Shown here: in pieces, positions 35,060 through 47,140 of the stretch
How positions within the stretch are numbered: the first letter of the stretch is position 1
Layout: each line of letters begins with the position of its first letter
From: Chiloscyllium plagiosum
Taxonomy: Eukaryota
Direction of reading: 5' to 3'
Assembly (NCBI RefSeq): GCF_004010195.1
Contig: NC_057718.1
Coordinates: 69,083,650-69,141,918, forward strand
Length of the DNA stretch: 58,269 nucleotides
The notes under the pieces: generated by a model
Told to the model about the DNA's origin: nothing
Database searches by the model: none
The model's input: only the letters and a program-made list of their open reading frames with translations
Made by a program: the position numbers and the translations under genes

Positions 35060-37262
35060 AATCAAAATGCAGACTATTATTTAAATGATGACACACTCCA
35101 AAAAAAGATGCAGTGTGGAGGTATTTGTGAGTTCTTGCATATGAAACACAAAAGGTCAGCATGAAGCTGCAAGTAATGAACTAGACAAGTGGAATTTTAG
35201 TCTTTATCCATAGAATCATTGAATCCCTAGAGTGTTGGAAGCAGGCCATTTGGCCATTGAATCCATACTGTCTTCCAAAGAGCGCCCACCCAACTCAATA
35301 CCTAACCTAAACTTGTAATCCTGCATTTACTAGGGAGAGGAATTAAAAATAGTTCCAACTATATAGAGTGTTGTGAGAAAGTACCTGGAGTACTGGATAC
35401 AGTTGGTATCATATTTATGAAAGGATATACTGGTATTGAAGGCTATTCAGTAGGCTGATGGGGGGTGCTTCATAGTGTAGGTATTGAGAGGGGAATTTCC
35501 ACTAGTAGGGAATCACAAACTAACACTCATGTAAAACTGAGATATAAGAGAATTTCTTCTTCTAGATGGTAGTAAATGTCTGGAATACTCAAGCTCAAAG
35601 AGTTAGAATCATAGCATCCATACAATGTGGAAACAGCCCAACAAGTCCACACTGACCGTCTGAAGAGTAACACAACCAGACCCATTCACCTACCTTATTA
35701 CTCTACACTTACCCCAACTAATACGCCTAATCTATTTATTCCTGATCACTATGGGCAATTTAATATGGCCACTCAACATAAGCTGCACATCTTTGGACTG
35801 TGGGAGAAAACACACACAGACATGGGGAGAATGTGCAAACTCCATACAGACAGTCGCCCCAGGCTGGAATCAAACCTCAGTCCCTGGCACTGTGAGGCAG
35901 CCATGCTAACCACTGAGCCACTGTGCCACCCAAGTGCCACTGAGTGTTGTGGAGGATAGATCACTGAGAGCATTTAAAGAGGAAGTAGATACATTTTTGA
36001 AATATCAAGGAGTCGCGCGCTATAATGAGATAGTACAAAACAGGAAATAAGACCTCGGGCAGATCAGCCATGAAGCCTCCAAAGGTTTATAGTTGTTGTT
36101 CTGCAGATGCTTCAAAAGGACATTAACAAGTTGATGCACTGGGCACATAGGTGGAAGATGAGATTCAATGCAGAAAGGTGTGAGGTGATGCTTTTTGGGA
36201 GGAATAACATTGAAAGAAAATATAAAATAGGGAACACAGTTCTAAAAGGGGTGTAGTAGCAGGGGGACCTTGGTATATATGCACACAGGTCATTAAATGT
36301 GGCAGGAAAAGTAGACAGAGCAGTAAGCAAAGCAAACAGCAACCATAGCTTTATTAATAGGGCATAGAATCCAACAACAAGGAGGTGATTTGCACTTATG
36401 TAAGGCACTTATTAGATCTCAGCTGGAGTACTGTGTACAGGTGGACAGTTTTAGAGTCATAGATAGAGTGATACAGCAGGGATACAGAATCTTCGGTCCA
36501 ACTTGTCCATGTCAACCAGATGTCCCAACCCAATCTACTCCCACCTGCCAGCATCCGGCCCATATCCCTCCAAACCCTTCCTATTCATATACCCATCCAG
36601 ATGCCTTTTAAATGTTGCAGTTGTACTAGCCTCTGCCACATACTCTAGCAGCTCATTCCAAACACACATACCACCCTCTGCGTGAAAGATTTGACCCGTA
36701 GGTCTCTTTTATATCTTTCCCCTCTCACCCTAAACCTATACCCTCAGGTTCTGGACACCCCCAACACAAGGAAAAGACCTTGTCTATTGTATGAAGAATG
36801 TGAATACATTGGAAAGAGTATAGAAATGATTTTCAAGAATGCTTCCAGAAATGAGGAATTTTGGCAATGAGGATAGATTGAAGAAGTTGAGATTGTCCAC
36901 CTTGGAAAGAAGAAGCCAAAAGGAGATCTGACAGAGATTTCCAAAATCATAAGGGGCAGATAGAGGACCAAGAAGAAGAGGACATTGATCTAAACTGATG
37001 TGCAAAAAAAAAAGCAAGAGTGAGGTAAAGCTTTTTACTTGGTGAGCAATGAGTGCATGGAATTCACTGCCTGGAGTTGCATTGGAGGCAGGTATAATTG
37101 AGGCATTTAAGAGGGATTGAATGATTTTTGAATAAAAATAATCTGCAAGGAAATGGGAAAAAACAGAAGATTGGTATCAGGTAATGATGCAATTTAATGA
37201 GCTAGTGCAGGCATGATGTGTTGAAAAGCCTTTTGCATGATAACATTTTTTGATTCTGTGAT
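35060..37262 (+). mobile_element. Cluster of old CR1 3' fragments with nested SINE pieces and an antisense CR1 tail (36450-36790)
   Basis: CR1 motifs CEVMLFGRNN, LIRSQLEYCVQ and TGGAATTCACTGCCTG. The antisense tail reads AGAGTCATAGA..CCCATATCCCTCCAAACC. Confidence 0.7.
35603..35932 (-). mobile_element. HE1-like SINE
   Basis: Minus-strand head GGGTGGCACAGTGGCTCAGTGGTTAGC, body, and TAGAATCATAG tail. Confidence 0.85.
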
Positions 37263-37719
37263 CACCTTGAACATTTCTAAGTGCTAACATTTTTAATAAC
37301 AGCGTGCAATGTTTCTCCTAAGACAGCTGTTCAACTAACTGGTGTGTAATTTCCTGTTTTCTGGTGCACTCCCTTTTGAATATATGTGTTACATTCATTA
37401 TCTTCCAATCTCATGGAACCTTCACTAAATGAAGGGAATTTTTGAAAATTAAAACAAATGCATCATCTATCCCACTGGCCATTGCTTTTAAGACCTGAGG
37501 AAGAAGTCCATGAGGACCTGGGTACTTCTCAACCTGCAGCTCCTTGTGCTATTTCTCTGATGATCATAATTTTCCTGTGTTTCTCCCTCTCCTCTAATTT
37601 GTGATTTATAACTGCTTTTGGTATGTTAGTTTTATCTAAAAAGACCCCATAATAAGTTGAGTAGTCCCTATTGGCAGCCAGTTCTCTTAAAAGGCCATCA
37701 TTGATGAGAATAAACACAC

Positions 37720-38200
37720 ACTTGATCAGCTGTGCTAGTTCAGCCTTCTACAATTATGGCAGTAAGTTTTTCACAATGAAGACATCTGCAAGTCAACAAA
37801 CATTGTAGTGCACAGAGCAATTGTTATTGCCACAATCCAGTACAGCAGTGAGGCTAAGACTTTATGTCAATGATACATAAGAGTGAAAGGGAAATTCACC
37901 AGCAATGCCTTTGCCACAGTCTCCAGATTCAGTGATTGAACAAATTCGAGTGTGTATCTTGAAAACAGCTCTACAAGCATTCCGACAAAAATCCTGCAAA
38001 GTCAACATTGGTGGACCTGGACACTGTCCAGATGTCTTCTATGCCAACTTCTGTTTTCTTAACTCTCAAGCATTTCGGGGAGGACAAAGAATGCAACAAA
38101 GACATTCCAAAGTTTTCTGAAATGTGTGGAAACACAGGAGGACGAATGCTTGGCTTGCCCTCTTTACAACAATACAAGGAAATTGCCAGGTGAGCCTCAC
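37720..38200 (+). mobile_element. Degenerate RTE-clade LINE fragment (RT C-terminal region)
   Basis: VHRAIVIATIQYSSE-like stretch at ~37808, corresponding to the RTE motif VYRAVV..LLYGSE. Confidence 0.45.
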
Positions 38201-38907
38201 ACATGGATGGTGAAAAGCTATTATATTCAGTGGATAAAGGAGTTGCAATGAATTCCTCCCTCTCGAACAGCATTCCAGAGTCTCAGCTGCTCTGGAAATC
38301 CAGCTTTGAAAAAATCCTGCCGTTCCAGTTCTTGTGATTTCTCTCTCCCCTCTCCGATCCTGCTCATCATTAACTCTTGATTTGTAGATGGTATCTAATC
38401 AAGATTGTGAATTTTTAATATGGATCTGTTTATGACTGAAGAGATTTATTCTTGACTCACAGATCTTTGGGTACATAGGGCAGGGTGTCCTATGAGGTAG
38501 TGTGATCTGGAGTGCAGGATTTGCTTTTCTCTTTCCCCTCTCTGCTACCAATCTCCATTATCATTAAGGTGCTTGGAATTGCAATGCAGCTTGATGTCGC
38601 TAGGCTACTGGGCAAAGCTAATAGGTCAGTAATGATCCGGGATACATGGTAATTTTATTTTCACGGGAACCAAGGACCCTCAAGCCGTTCAGCTGATAAT
38701 TGTTGATGACTGCAGATGTGGAGGCCTATCATTTGGGTGTTTTTTTTTTCTTTATTCTCTCAGGATGTCCCTGAAAACACCAACTGTTTGTTACCAGTCT
38801 GTAATTGCCCTTGAATTAAATGGCTTACTAGGACATTTAGGTCGCAATTAAAAGTCAATCACATCGTAATGGTAATGATGTCACATAGTGGTCACTTAGC
38901 TAAAAAG

Positions 38908-39100
38908 AAGAAGATTATTAAACCTCTTGCAGCAATGCAGCCAAATCCTCCTGATAACACTATGGATGCTCATTATCTGTTGCCTCCAGCCAGGCTTGCT
39001 TTGTTTGAATAGCTACCTTCTTCTTGTCATCTTCTTACAATCCTGGCTTCACCTTGAACCATGAGGCAACCTTGTGCAGTTGCCAGGTTTCCAATTTTTG
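38908..39100 (-). pseudogene. Harbinger-associated Myb/SANT (trihelix) domain fragment
   Basis: Minus strand reads QAWLEATD, then after a frameshift SIHSVIRRIWLHCCKRFNNL, matching W.EVA..V...S...RTW.QCRKRFNDL. Confidence 0.6.
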
Positions 39101-39369
39101 AGGTCCAGTTTCCGTGGAAGTCAAAACAGCTGCCATACTGATGGTTGCCATCTAAATCAGGCCTGTGATTTACAAGTTCTAGTTCGTTGCCATAAGCATA
39201 CCAACAACTGGTTGCAAGCAAACCCTCCTATGAACTGGCAACTGATTCTGAGAGATTTCTGTGCTTTCATTACTTAACAACTTTTCTTTCCCAACCCCAA
39301 AAATGGGTCAGCTTTCAACCTTGTTTAGAAGTGTGAGTTTAAGACTAGTGTCTTAAATATGAATAAAGG

Positions 39370-39745
39370 CAATTCCAAGAGTATGAAGATAGAGTTAGAT
39401 AAAAGAACTGGAAACTAAGTTAGGAGGCAGAACAGGAAAAGAGTAATGGCAAATATATAAGGATTTCATAGTTTTTAGCTAAAAAAAGGTCCACACCTAA
39501 AGAGGTTAAGGATAATATAAAATTTAAAGAAATTTTTTTAAAATCTGCAAAGATTAGTGGTAAGTCAAGTTGGACAGATTTTAGAATCCTGCAAGGAAAG
39601 ACCATAAAAACAGGAGAAATCAGAATATGAGGGAAAGCAACCTGGAAAATTAAATACAGATAGTAAGAGTTTCTCCAATTATTTAAAAGGGAAAGGATAA
39701 CTAAGGTGAGTATTGAGTTCTTAGAGAGTTATACTGAGGAGTTAA
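39370..39745 (+). mobile_element. Old CR1 ORF2 fragment (endonuclease-RT linker)
   Basis: GCAAAGATTAGTGGTAAG..GATAGTAAGAGTTTCT..TTTAAAAGGGAAAG resembles the CR1 linker seen at 57340-57480. Confidence 0.5.
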
Positions 39746-39829
39746 TCCACTGTGTATCTGGATGAACACTGACCATCTGGATCTGCCTTGTTCGATCAAG
39801 GATATTTGCAGAACATATTGGAAATGGGT

Positions 39830-40400
39830 AAGATGGCAATATGCTTCTCTAAGAGGGGATCTAGATGTTCTGGTCGAGGGACTGCAGCGAGGAAGAGGAG
39901 CCTTCTCCTGTAAAACCTGCAGAAGGGGATGTGCCACCAGACAATGGTTGCTTAGTTAAAGGTCAATAAATGGGTCAGTGTCAACTTCATGGCCTGGAGG
40001 AATGATCAGCTACACCAGAATAAGTGCCTTCCTCTTCTCTCTGTTAACTCTGACGCACTCTATCTCTACTACTGAACCCACACCCCCCCCCCCCCCCATC
40101 TAGGTTACAATGCTTTGCCATTCATTGTATTGCCTGCAACATCTTCCTAACTTGCCCTTCCAAACCATTAACCTGCCTACAATGCCTAGTCATGCTCTTG
40201 GAACACTCATTACCTTTCACTTACTTACACCAGAAATAACAGTTGTGCCACCCATTTTCATCAGTAAATTGTTTCCTTTCTTTAGTTACAGGAGAAAACA
40301 ATCTATAACATGGCAAAGTGAGTCTATATGGTACAAGGTTCCCTGACATTAGACTCTTCACCCTATATGGAGAGATCCCTGATCCTCACAGGAGAAGACT
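39830..40400 (+). pseudogene. Decayed two-exon Harbinger-associated Myb/SANT gene
   Basis: CFSK/DLDVLVEGLQR at ~39842, a pyrimidine-rich intron, an acceptor ending at 40291, then EKTIYN..PDIRLFTLYGE. Confidence 0.55.
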
Positions 40401-41027
40401 GGGATGGAACCTATGGGGAATCCAAAACATCCATGTCCCGCCATATTAATTCAACCCCTGGAGCTTGATCTTGACTTATTGTGCCAGGATTCCCTGACTG
40501 CTGTGTGCTTCCATGGATTGTGGTAAGGATGACTCCCATAAGACTTTGAGACATGGCTGCCTGTTCGATACACTTGCAGTGTGTTTGCCATATAAGTTAC
40601 TGGCCTGTGGTGCAGGTAAGAGATTCATGTAACACACTGCCATACAGCAAGACGTATGCTACCTTGACTGAGGAATGCTGAGCAGCAAGTCAAGCTGACT
40701 GCTTATGTGTCTTTGCTCACTTTGGAGCAGGGCAAACTGAGTGAGTGTTAAGAGAATAAATAAGCAACCCTGAGATACAGTCTGGTCCAATCCTTCAGCT
40801 AACCTCAGCAATGTGTCTTTGCAGCAACCTTTCAATGCTAGTTGTCACTGCACCCTGCAATCCAAGTCTGTGTTTCAGAGCATCCCACCAATCTATGGAG
40901 AGATGCCATGTTGGTCATGACAGATTGGCAAGTGCCAAATATCAATGTCCATGGGTACATGCACCTGTATACCATCTCCTGGGATGCTGTTTGGTCATTT
41001 GCAACATCGAGGTCCTTTCGAGCAAAT

Positions 41028-41383
41028 GCTGCTCTGTAGCAGCAGTGTGTACCATCTATAAGATGCACAGTAGAAATTCACCAAAGATGCTTAGACAGCA
41101 TCTTTAAAACCTAAGGCAGCTTCTATTTAGAAGTAAAAGGGAAGTAGATGCAAGGGAACGCCACCATCTGTAAGTTCCCCTCCAAGCCACTCACCATCCT
41201 GATTTGGAAATACCTCACCATTCTTTCATTGTTGCTGGCCCAAAATCCTAGAATTCCCTCCCTAAGTGCATGTGAGTCAACAGCATGTGGACTGCAGCAG
41301 ACAAGAAGGCACTTCATCACCCCAAAGCAAATAAATGCTGGCTGGCCAGTGATGTTCATGTCTCATGAGTGAGTACAAAAAAA
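41028..41383 (+). mobile_element. Family A LINE 3' end
   Basis: VAAVCTIYKMHSRNSPKMLRQHL followed by a 3' UTR ending ATAAATGCTGGCTGGCCAG..A-rich tail. Reverse match to 20355-20710. Confidence 0.8.
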
Positions 41384-41651
41384 ATGTCCAGTTACCCAGT
41401 CTGATCTCGATGTCAAATGCTCTAAGTTGGTTGGATGGTTTTGTAAGACAGAAAGCTAAATATTAATGAAATTAACAAGATGTTTAACAAGCAGTAGTTT
41501 ACCTTAATTCTCAACTTGTTGCTACCGAATGAGAAACCTGTCATGCCACTTGTCAAAAACATGAAAGAAGGACCAGCATGCTCCCAACAGTAAGATCAGT
41601 TTTACCAAAATCTTCCCATAACCCCCAATGCTTAGATCCCTTGTGGTGTCT

Positions 41652-41878
41652 AGACAAAAGTGAGGACTGCAAATGCTGGAGATCACAGTCTAGATTAAAG
41701 CGGTGCTGGAAAAGCATAGCAGGTCAGGCAGCATCCAAGGAGCAGGAAAATTGACGTTTCGGGCAAAAGCCCTTCACCATTCATTCCTGATGAAGGGCTT
41801 TTGCCCAAAATGATGATTTTCCTGCTTCTCAGATGCTGCCTGACCTGCTGTGCTTTTCTAGCACCACTTTAATCTAGA
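41652..41878. mobile_element. Fold-back PLE-derived mini-element with 13-bp TSD
   Basis: TSD CCTTGTGGTGTCT at 41639-41651 and 41879-41891. Imperfect inverted arms; CTGATGA-AGGGC-TTTT-GCCC at 41787. Confidence 0.85.
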
Positions 41879-41934
41879 CCTTGTGGTGTCTGTCTTCACT
41901 GTACAAGATACAAATAGCACAAACAGAATATTTG

Positions 41935-42785
41935 CAAATTGAGAGGTAGGAGAGAGGAGCTTAAAATTATTATGAGAGAAGGAATACTGGGAAAACAAAT
42001 AGAGTTAAAAGCTAACATGTGCCCTGGACTGAAGAACTTAAGCCTATGGTTTCAAAAGAAGTGACTGCAGAGATAACAGATACGTTATATGTGATCTTCT
42101 AAAATTCTGTAAAATTATGGAAATTCCTCTGCTGGTTATAAAACCATAATGTAACACCATTATTCAAGAAAACAAGAACTATGGGGCTAACACATGTCAG
42201 AGGAGAAAGTGAGGTCTGCAGATGCTGGAGATCAAAGTTGAAACTTTATTGCTGGAACAGCACAGCAGGTCAGGCAGCATCCAGGGAACAGGAGATTCGA
42301 CGTTTCGGGCACAGGCCCTTCCTGTGCCCGAAACGTCGAATCTCCTGTTCCCTGGATGCTGCCTGACCTGCTGTGCTGTTCCAGCAATAAAGTTTCAACT
42401 AACACATGTCAGAGTCAACATGATTTTGTGAAAGAGAAATCAGGTTCGTCCGAACTTTAGAATTCTTTGAGAAAATAACAACTAAAGTAGATAATGGAGA
42501 GCCATGTGGTGTACTTAATTTCCAAAAGGCATTCAATAAAGTGCCATGTGAGAGGTTATAAATGAAATGAAGTATTGATGGTGTAGGGGGTCCATATTAG
42601 CATTGTCAAAATTCTGGTTAGCTAAAAAGAGGGCAGGAGTAGAAACAATTAAGTTATTTTCAGGTTAGCAAACTTGTGGAGTTACTCATAGATCAGTGCT
42701 AAATTTTCAACATGTGTCATGTGCATCATTGACTGGGATGAAGGGCTGAAATATGTACAAGCTAAATTATTTGATGACACAAAGA
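41935..42785 (+). mobile_element. Old CR1 RT fragment, host of the 42203 insert
   Basis: PLFKK, EFFEKITTKVD..FQKAFNKVP and LFDDTKI motifs. Confidence 0.7.
42203..42398. mobile_element. Young fold-back PLE-derived mini-element: perfect 80-bp inverted repeat, 16-bp TSD
   Basis: 42236-42315 is the reverse complement of 42321-42400 (loop CCCTT). TSD CTAACACATGTCAGAG at 42187-42202 and 42399-42414. Confidence 0.92.
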
Positions 42786-43471
42786 TAGAAATAGAAATAG
42801 AAATAGAAATAGAAAAAATACAGTGCAGTACAGGCCCTTTGGCCCTCGGTGTTGCGCCGATCCAAGCCCACCTAACCTACACTAGCCCACTATCCTCCAT
42901 ATGCCTATCCAATGCCCGTTTAAATGCCCATAAAGAGGGAGAGTCCACCACTGCTACTGGCAGGGCATTCCATGAACTCATGACTTGCTGAGTAAAGAAT
43001 CTACCCCTAACATCTGTCCTATACCTACCACCCCTTAATTTAAAGCTATGTCCCCTCGTAATAGCTGACTCCATACGTGGAAAAAGGTTCTCATGGTCAA
43101 CCCTACCTAAACCCCTAATCATCATGTACACCTCTATCAAGTCACCCCTAAACCTTTTCTCCACTGAAAACAGCCCCAAGTGCCTCAGCCTTTCCTCATA
43201 CGATAGAACATAGAACATAGAAGAATACAGCGCAGTACAGGCCCTTCGGCCCTCGATGTTGCGCCGATCCAAGCCCACCCAACCTACACTAGACCACTAT
43301 CCTCCATATGCCTATCCAATGCCCGCTTAAATGCCCATAATGAGGGAGAGTCCACCACTACTACTGGCAGGGCATTCGATGAACTCACGACTCGCTGAGT
43401 AAATAACCTACCCCTAACATCTGTCCTATACCTACCACCCATTAATTTAAAGCTATGCCCCCTCGTAATAG
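42785..43471 (-). mobile_element. Two tandem young CR1 3' ends (42785-43202 and 43203-43471)
   Basis: YEERLRHLGLFS..TRGHSFKLRGGRYRTDVRGRFFTQQVMSSWNALP. Tails read (ATAGAA)5 and (ATAGAAC)2-3 on the plus strand. Confidence 0.9.
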
Positions 43472-45679
43472 CAAAGTAACAGGGAAAGAAACAGTATATA
43501 TATTTTAGGTTGGTGACTTTCTTAAGAACTGAAAGAAGTTAGAAACGTAATTGCTAATAATGAGATTCTGAGCCAGGAAAAGGTGGGTGGAAAAGAATAA
43601 TGGGAAAGGCCTGTGAAAGGGCAAGAATGATTAAATGATTAGAAGAATGATAGTGCAAGATAATAGCAGGTGGTCATGGCAGAAATGGAGTGCTGTAATT
43701 TCAGAGGGCAATAGATTGGTTAGGAGTTGTTGAGTAGAGAAATTGAAGCAGCAATTCCATTCCAGTGACTCCCAATGCAAAGATCTAGAAAAGATATGAG
43801 GCCAGATCATGGAGCCCATAAACAGAAATGCGACATATACAATCATGAATTTGAATAGAAGTAAGATATAATTCTACTTCCTTTGCTTATAACTTTGGCT
43901 ATTATTTGTTCCTTGAAAAAAATGGTACAAATTCCTACAAGGGAATGCAATCAAATGGAATTTGACCTGTTTAGTTACCTTATAACATCAGTTCTGCTCA
44001 CAATTCATGCTGTTAAGGAGGTATCTCTAAAGACAATCTTTATTCTTGAAATCATTATTAAAATTTTGAACTCATGATTTCATGCAGTTTATATGTTGTT
44101 CACAGGAATGATACAACAAGTAGAGTGTTACTCTCCGACCACTGTGCCTGATGTACTGCAGTGTTAGGTCACGATGTCCCAGTTATAACATTTTCCCCTC
44201 TCTCTCTCTATAATCATGAAATATAAAACCATAATGTCAAGAGATGACTGAAATGCCAAAAGTGGTACTGATATTTATTTTCTTACTGGATTTAGTATGC
44301 CACCAAGCACCCTTCCACCAAACTTCAGAAGGTCAGCAAACTGTCATAAATAACAAGGTCAACTTGTGTGGGGTCATTGAAAACAGGTCACATGCACAGA
44401 ACACTGTAAACTCTTCTTACAGCCTTAAATTACAACCATGCATTGATGGCACGAAAGCACCAAATGTGTTCTAAACCAGCAAGCCAGTTAATGAAGGATA
44501 AAACTGGAACTAAAGTTTACTTGTATTGCACATATTTACAGAATTAAACAGTACAAGCACACACCCCTCACATAACCATACTAAAATTTCCTTCAATGTC
44601 TCTTAACGTATGCTTAAACATATGCTCTTAAATATGTTCCCCATCTGCATACAAGTAATCAGCATTCATGTGATATAAACAGAAGTTTTATTTCTCTTTA
44701 AATAAAAAAAAGCGTTAATATACACAACTATCATCGTAAAAAAGTGAAAGCAAAATAACTTCTATATTCTATGCAGAGAATTTCATTATGAGACACCATT
44801 CTTCTAAGCACCCTAATAGCTTCCTCGTATGAGCATTTCATTTTGTAAAACAATTGGACTTTTGAAAACATATGTCAATCATTGAGTTTTTTAGATTTCA
44901 TTTCCATTCAGATTTGTTCTAAGCCATCAAGGTCATAATGCTTAGCATTTTCCATACAGTGCTCATTATCTCACAATAAAAATTAACCATATAACATATA
45001 TTATGTTATGGTCAAATTTTAGCTGTCAACTTTTATTTGCTCATAATCACTATATTTGTATGTGGGGTTGTGTCTATTTTATTATCCCCAACATGGTTGA
45101 CTTGATGTTGATAACCCAGCAGCAAGATTTTGCATATTTAAAAATGAAGAAGGTTAATTTATTTCCCATTCACTTGTCCTGGAGGCATAACAAAAATGTG
45201 TTGACTCATCCACTTGACTCACCAACACTATTAAACACACAAAATTAGATACAGATTAAGATAAAGCTGTTATAATTAAAAATGGGATTTAACTCAGCCT
45301 CTATTTCTGTGCAGATCTTGTTTCTTAATTGATGTTTTGATTGCAGTGAAGATCTTGAGAAACAAATGTCTCTGTGGCTGCAAAAGTTATTGTAGTTGAT
45401 CTGCCCCAAGGGTAGATTTCTCAAGTGAACTTGAAGGTGGAATAGGTTACAGGAGTTCATCTTTCTTTCTATTTCAAGTGTTTGGGGATCACTTCTTTGA
45501 CTATTTAGATGAAAGTAACTGTCTGATGTCTTTACCTGCAGGACTCTCTCTCTGATCAAATTCTCTTGAATACTAGTTTGAATTCTGCTGTTATCCTTTT
45601 AGCAAGTAGCAACAATCGTCAACTTATTATGTTGACCTTGCATTACATTATGTTATTGTTCAAATAAGGCACTGCAATA

Positions 45680-45865
45680 TCTCAATAAGCAGAAATTGCT
45701 GAAAAACTCAGCAGGTCTGACAACATCTCTGGAGACAAAGGCGAGGTAACATTTTGGAAGTTCTGAAGAAGGATCACTGGACCCGAAACATTAACTCTGC
45801 TTTGACTCCAAAAAGAATTTCTGTGTTTCTTTTTGATTTCCAGCATCTGCTGTTCTTTGTTCTTT
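45680..45865. mobile_element. Degenerate fold-back PLE terminal fragment with hammerhead motif
   Basis: AGTT-CTGAAGA-A-GGATC-ACTG-GACCC-GAAA-CATT-AACT at 45759-45796. Related fragments lie at ~48250-48380 and ~48960-49030. Confidence 0.7.
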
Positions 45866-46067
45866 TTTTTTGTTTCAGTAAGCAGTCTAAATGTGACTTC
45901 TCACTGCCTGTAGTTTCAGTCTGCCAAAAGCCTTTGTGCTTGAATGGCAAATCAACATATTACAAAGGAAGTGTGAAATAAATTTAGTTTACTTTTTTCA
46001 TGGGAGAAATAAAAGCCAGCATTCCATTTACTTTTGTAATCACTTTCTGTGCTAGACAGTGATACTT

Positions 46068-46395
46068 GGGGTGGCACGGTGGCTCAGTGGTTAACACTGC
46101 TGCCTCACAGCGCCAGGGACCCAGGTTTGATTCCACCCTCAAGCGACTGTGTGGAGTTTGCACATTCTCCCCGTGTCTGAGTGGGTTTCCCCCGGGTGCT
46201 CCAGGTTCCTCCCACAGTACAAAAATGTGCAAGTTAGGATAGATTTGCTATGTTAAGTTGCCCCATAGTGTCCAGTGATGTGCAGGCTAGGTTGACTGGC
46301 CATGGGAAATGCAGGGATTGGGTGGGATGCTCTTCAGAGGGTCAGTCTGGACTCAATGGGTTGAATGGTCTGCTTCCATGCTGTAGGGATTTTTT
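46068..46395 (+). mobile_element. HE1-like SINE
   Basis: GGGGTGGCACGGTGGCTCAGTGGTTAAC..GGTTTGATTCC head, with body and tail. Confidence 0.88.
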
Positions 46396-46609
46396 GATAT
46401 TTGAACAATCCATTTAAAGTGTAATCACCACTATTTTTCGATTTTCATCATTCAGAAAGCACCCCATCCAAGTTTTTTTAAGTAGATGTCCTTACGTACG
46501 GTTACATTAACATCAAAGAGCCACATTTGTGCACATTCACCACTGTGCTATTATCTCTGTTGTAATTCTACCAGCTGCACAGCCCACAAAGCCATCTACC
46601 TCCATTTCA

Positions 46610-47140
46610 ACCAAAAGTATCCGACCATTAACCCAGTACCCCATCTTTTTGTTACTCTTACCAAAGTGAATCACCTCACACTTACCTACATTGAACTCCA
46701 TTTGCCACCTTTCTGCCCAGCTCTGCAGCTTATCTATATCCTGCTGTAACCTGACACATCCTTCCTCACTGTCAACTCCACCGACTTTGATATCATCTGC
46801 AAACTTGCTCACCCAACCTTCTAGACCCTCCTCCAGGTCATTTATAAAAATGACAAACAGAAATGGTCCCAAAACAGATCCTTGTGAAACACCGCTAGTA
46901 ACTGCACTCCAAGATGAACCTTTACCATCAACTACTACCCTCTGTCTTCTTCCAGCCAGCCAATTCCTAATCCAAACCTCCAACTCACCCTCAATGCCAT
47001 ACCTCTGTATTTTTTGCAGTAGTCTACCATGGGGAACCTTATCAAACGCCTTACTAAAATCCATATACACCCGATCTACCGCTTTACCCTGGTCCACCTC
47101 CTTAGTCACCTTCTCAATGAATTCAATAAGGTTTGTGAGA
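46610..47140 (-). mobile_element. Young CR1 RT fragment
   Basis: ORF 46537-47109: VYMDFSKAFDKVPH..GVSQGSVLGP..SKFADDIKVGG..WQMEFNVGKCEV. Confidence 0.92.

Noticed and set aside
46537..47109. 190-aa RT ORF as a functional or domesticated gene
   Set aside because: It is an internal fragment of a multicopy CR1 LINE truncated on both sides; the ORF end reads into unrelated flank.
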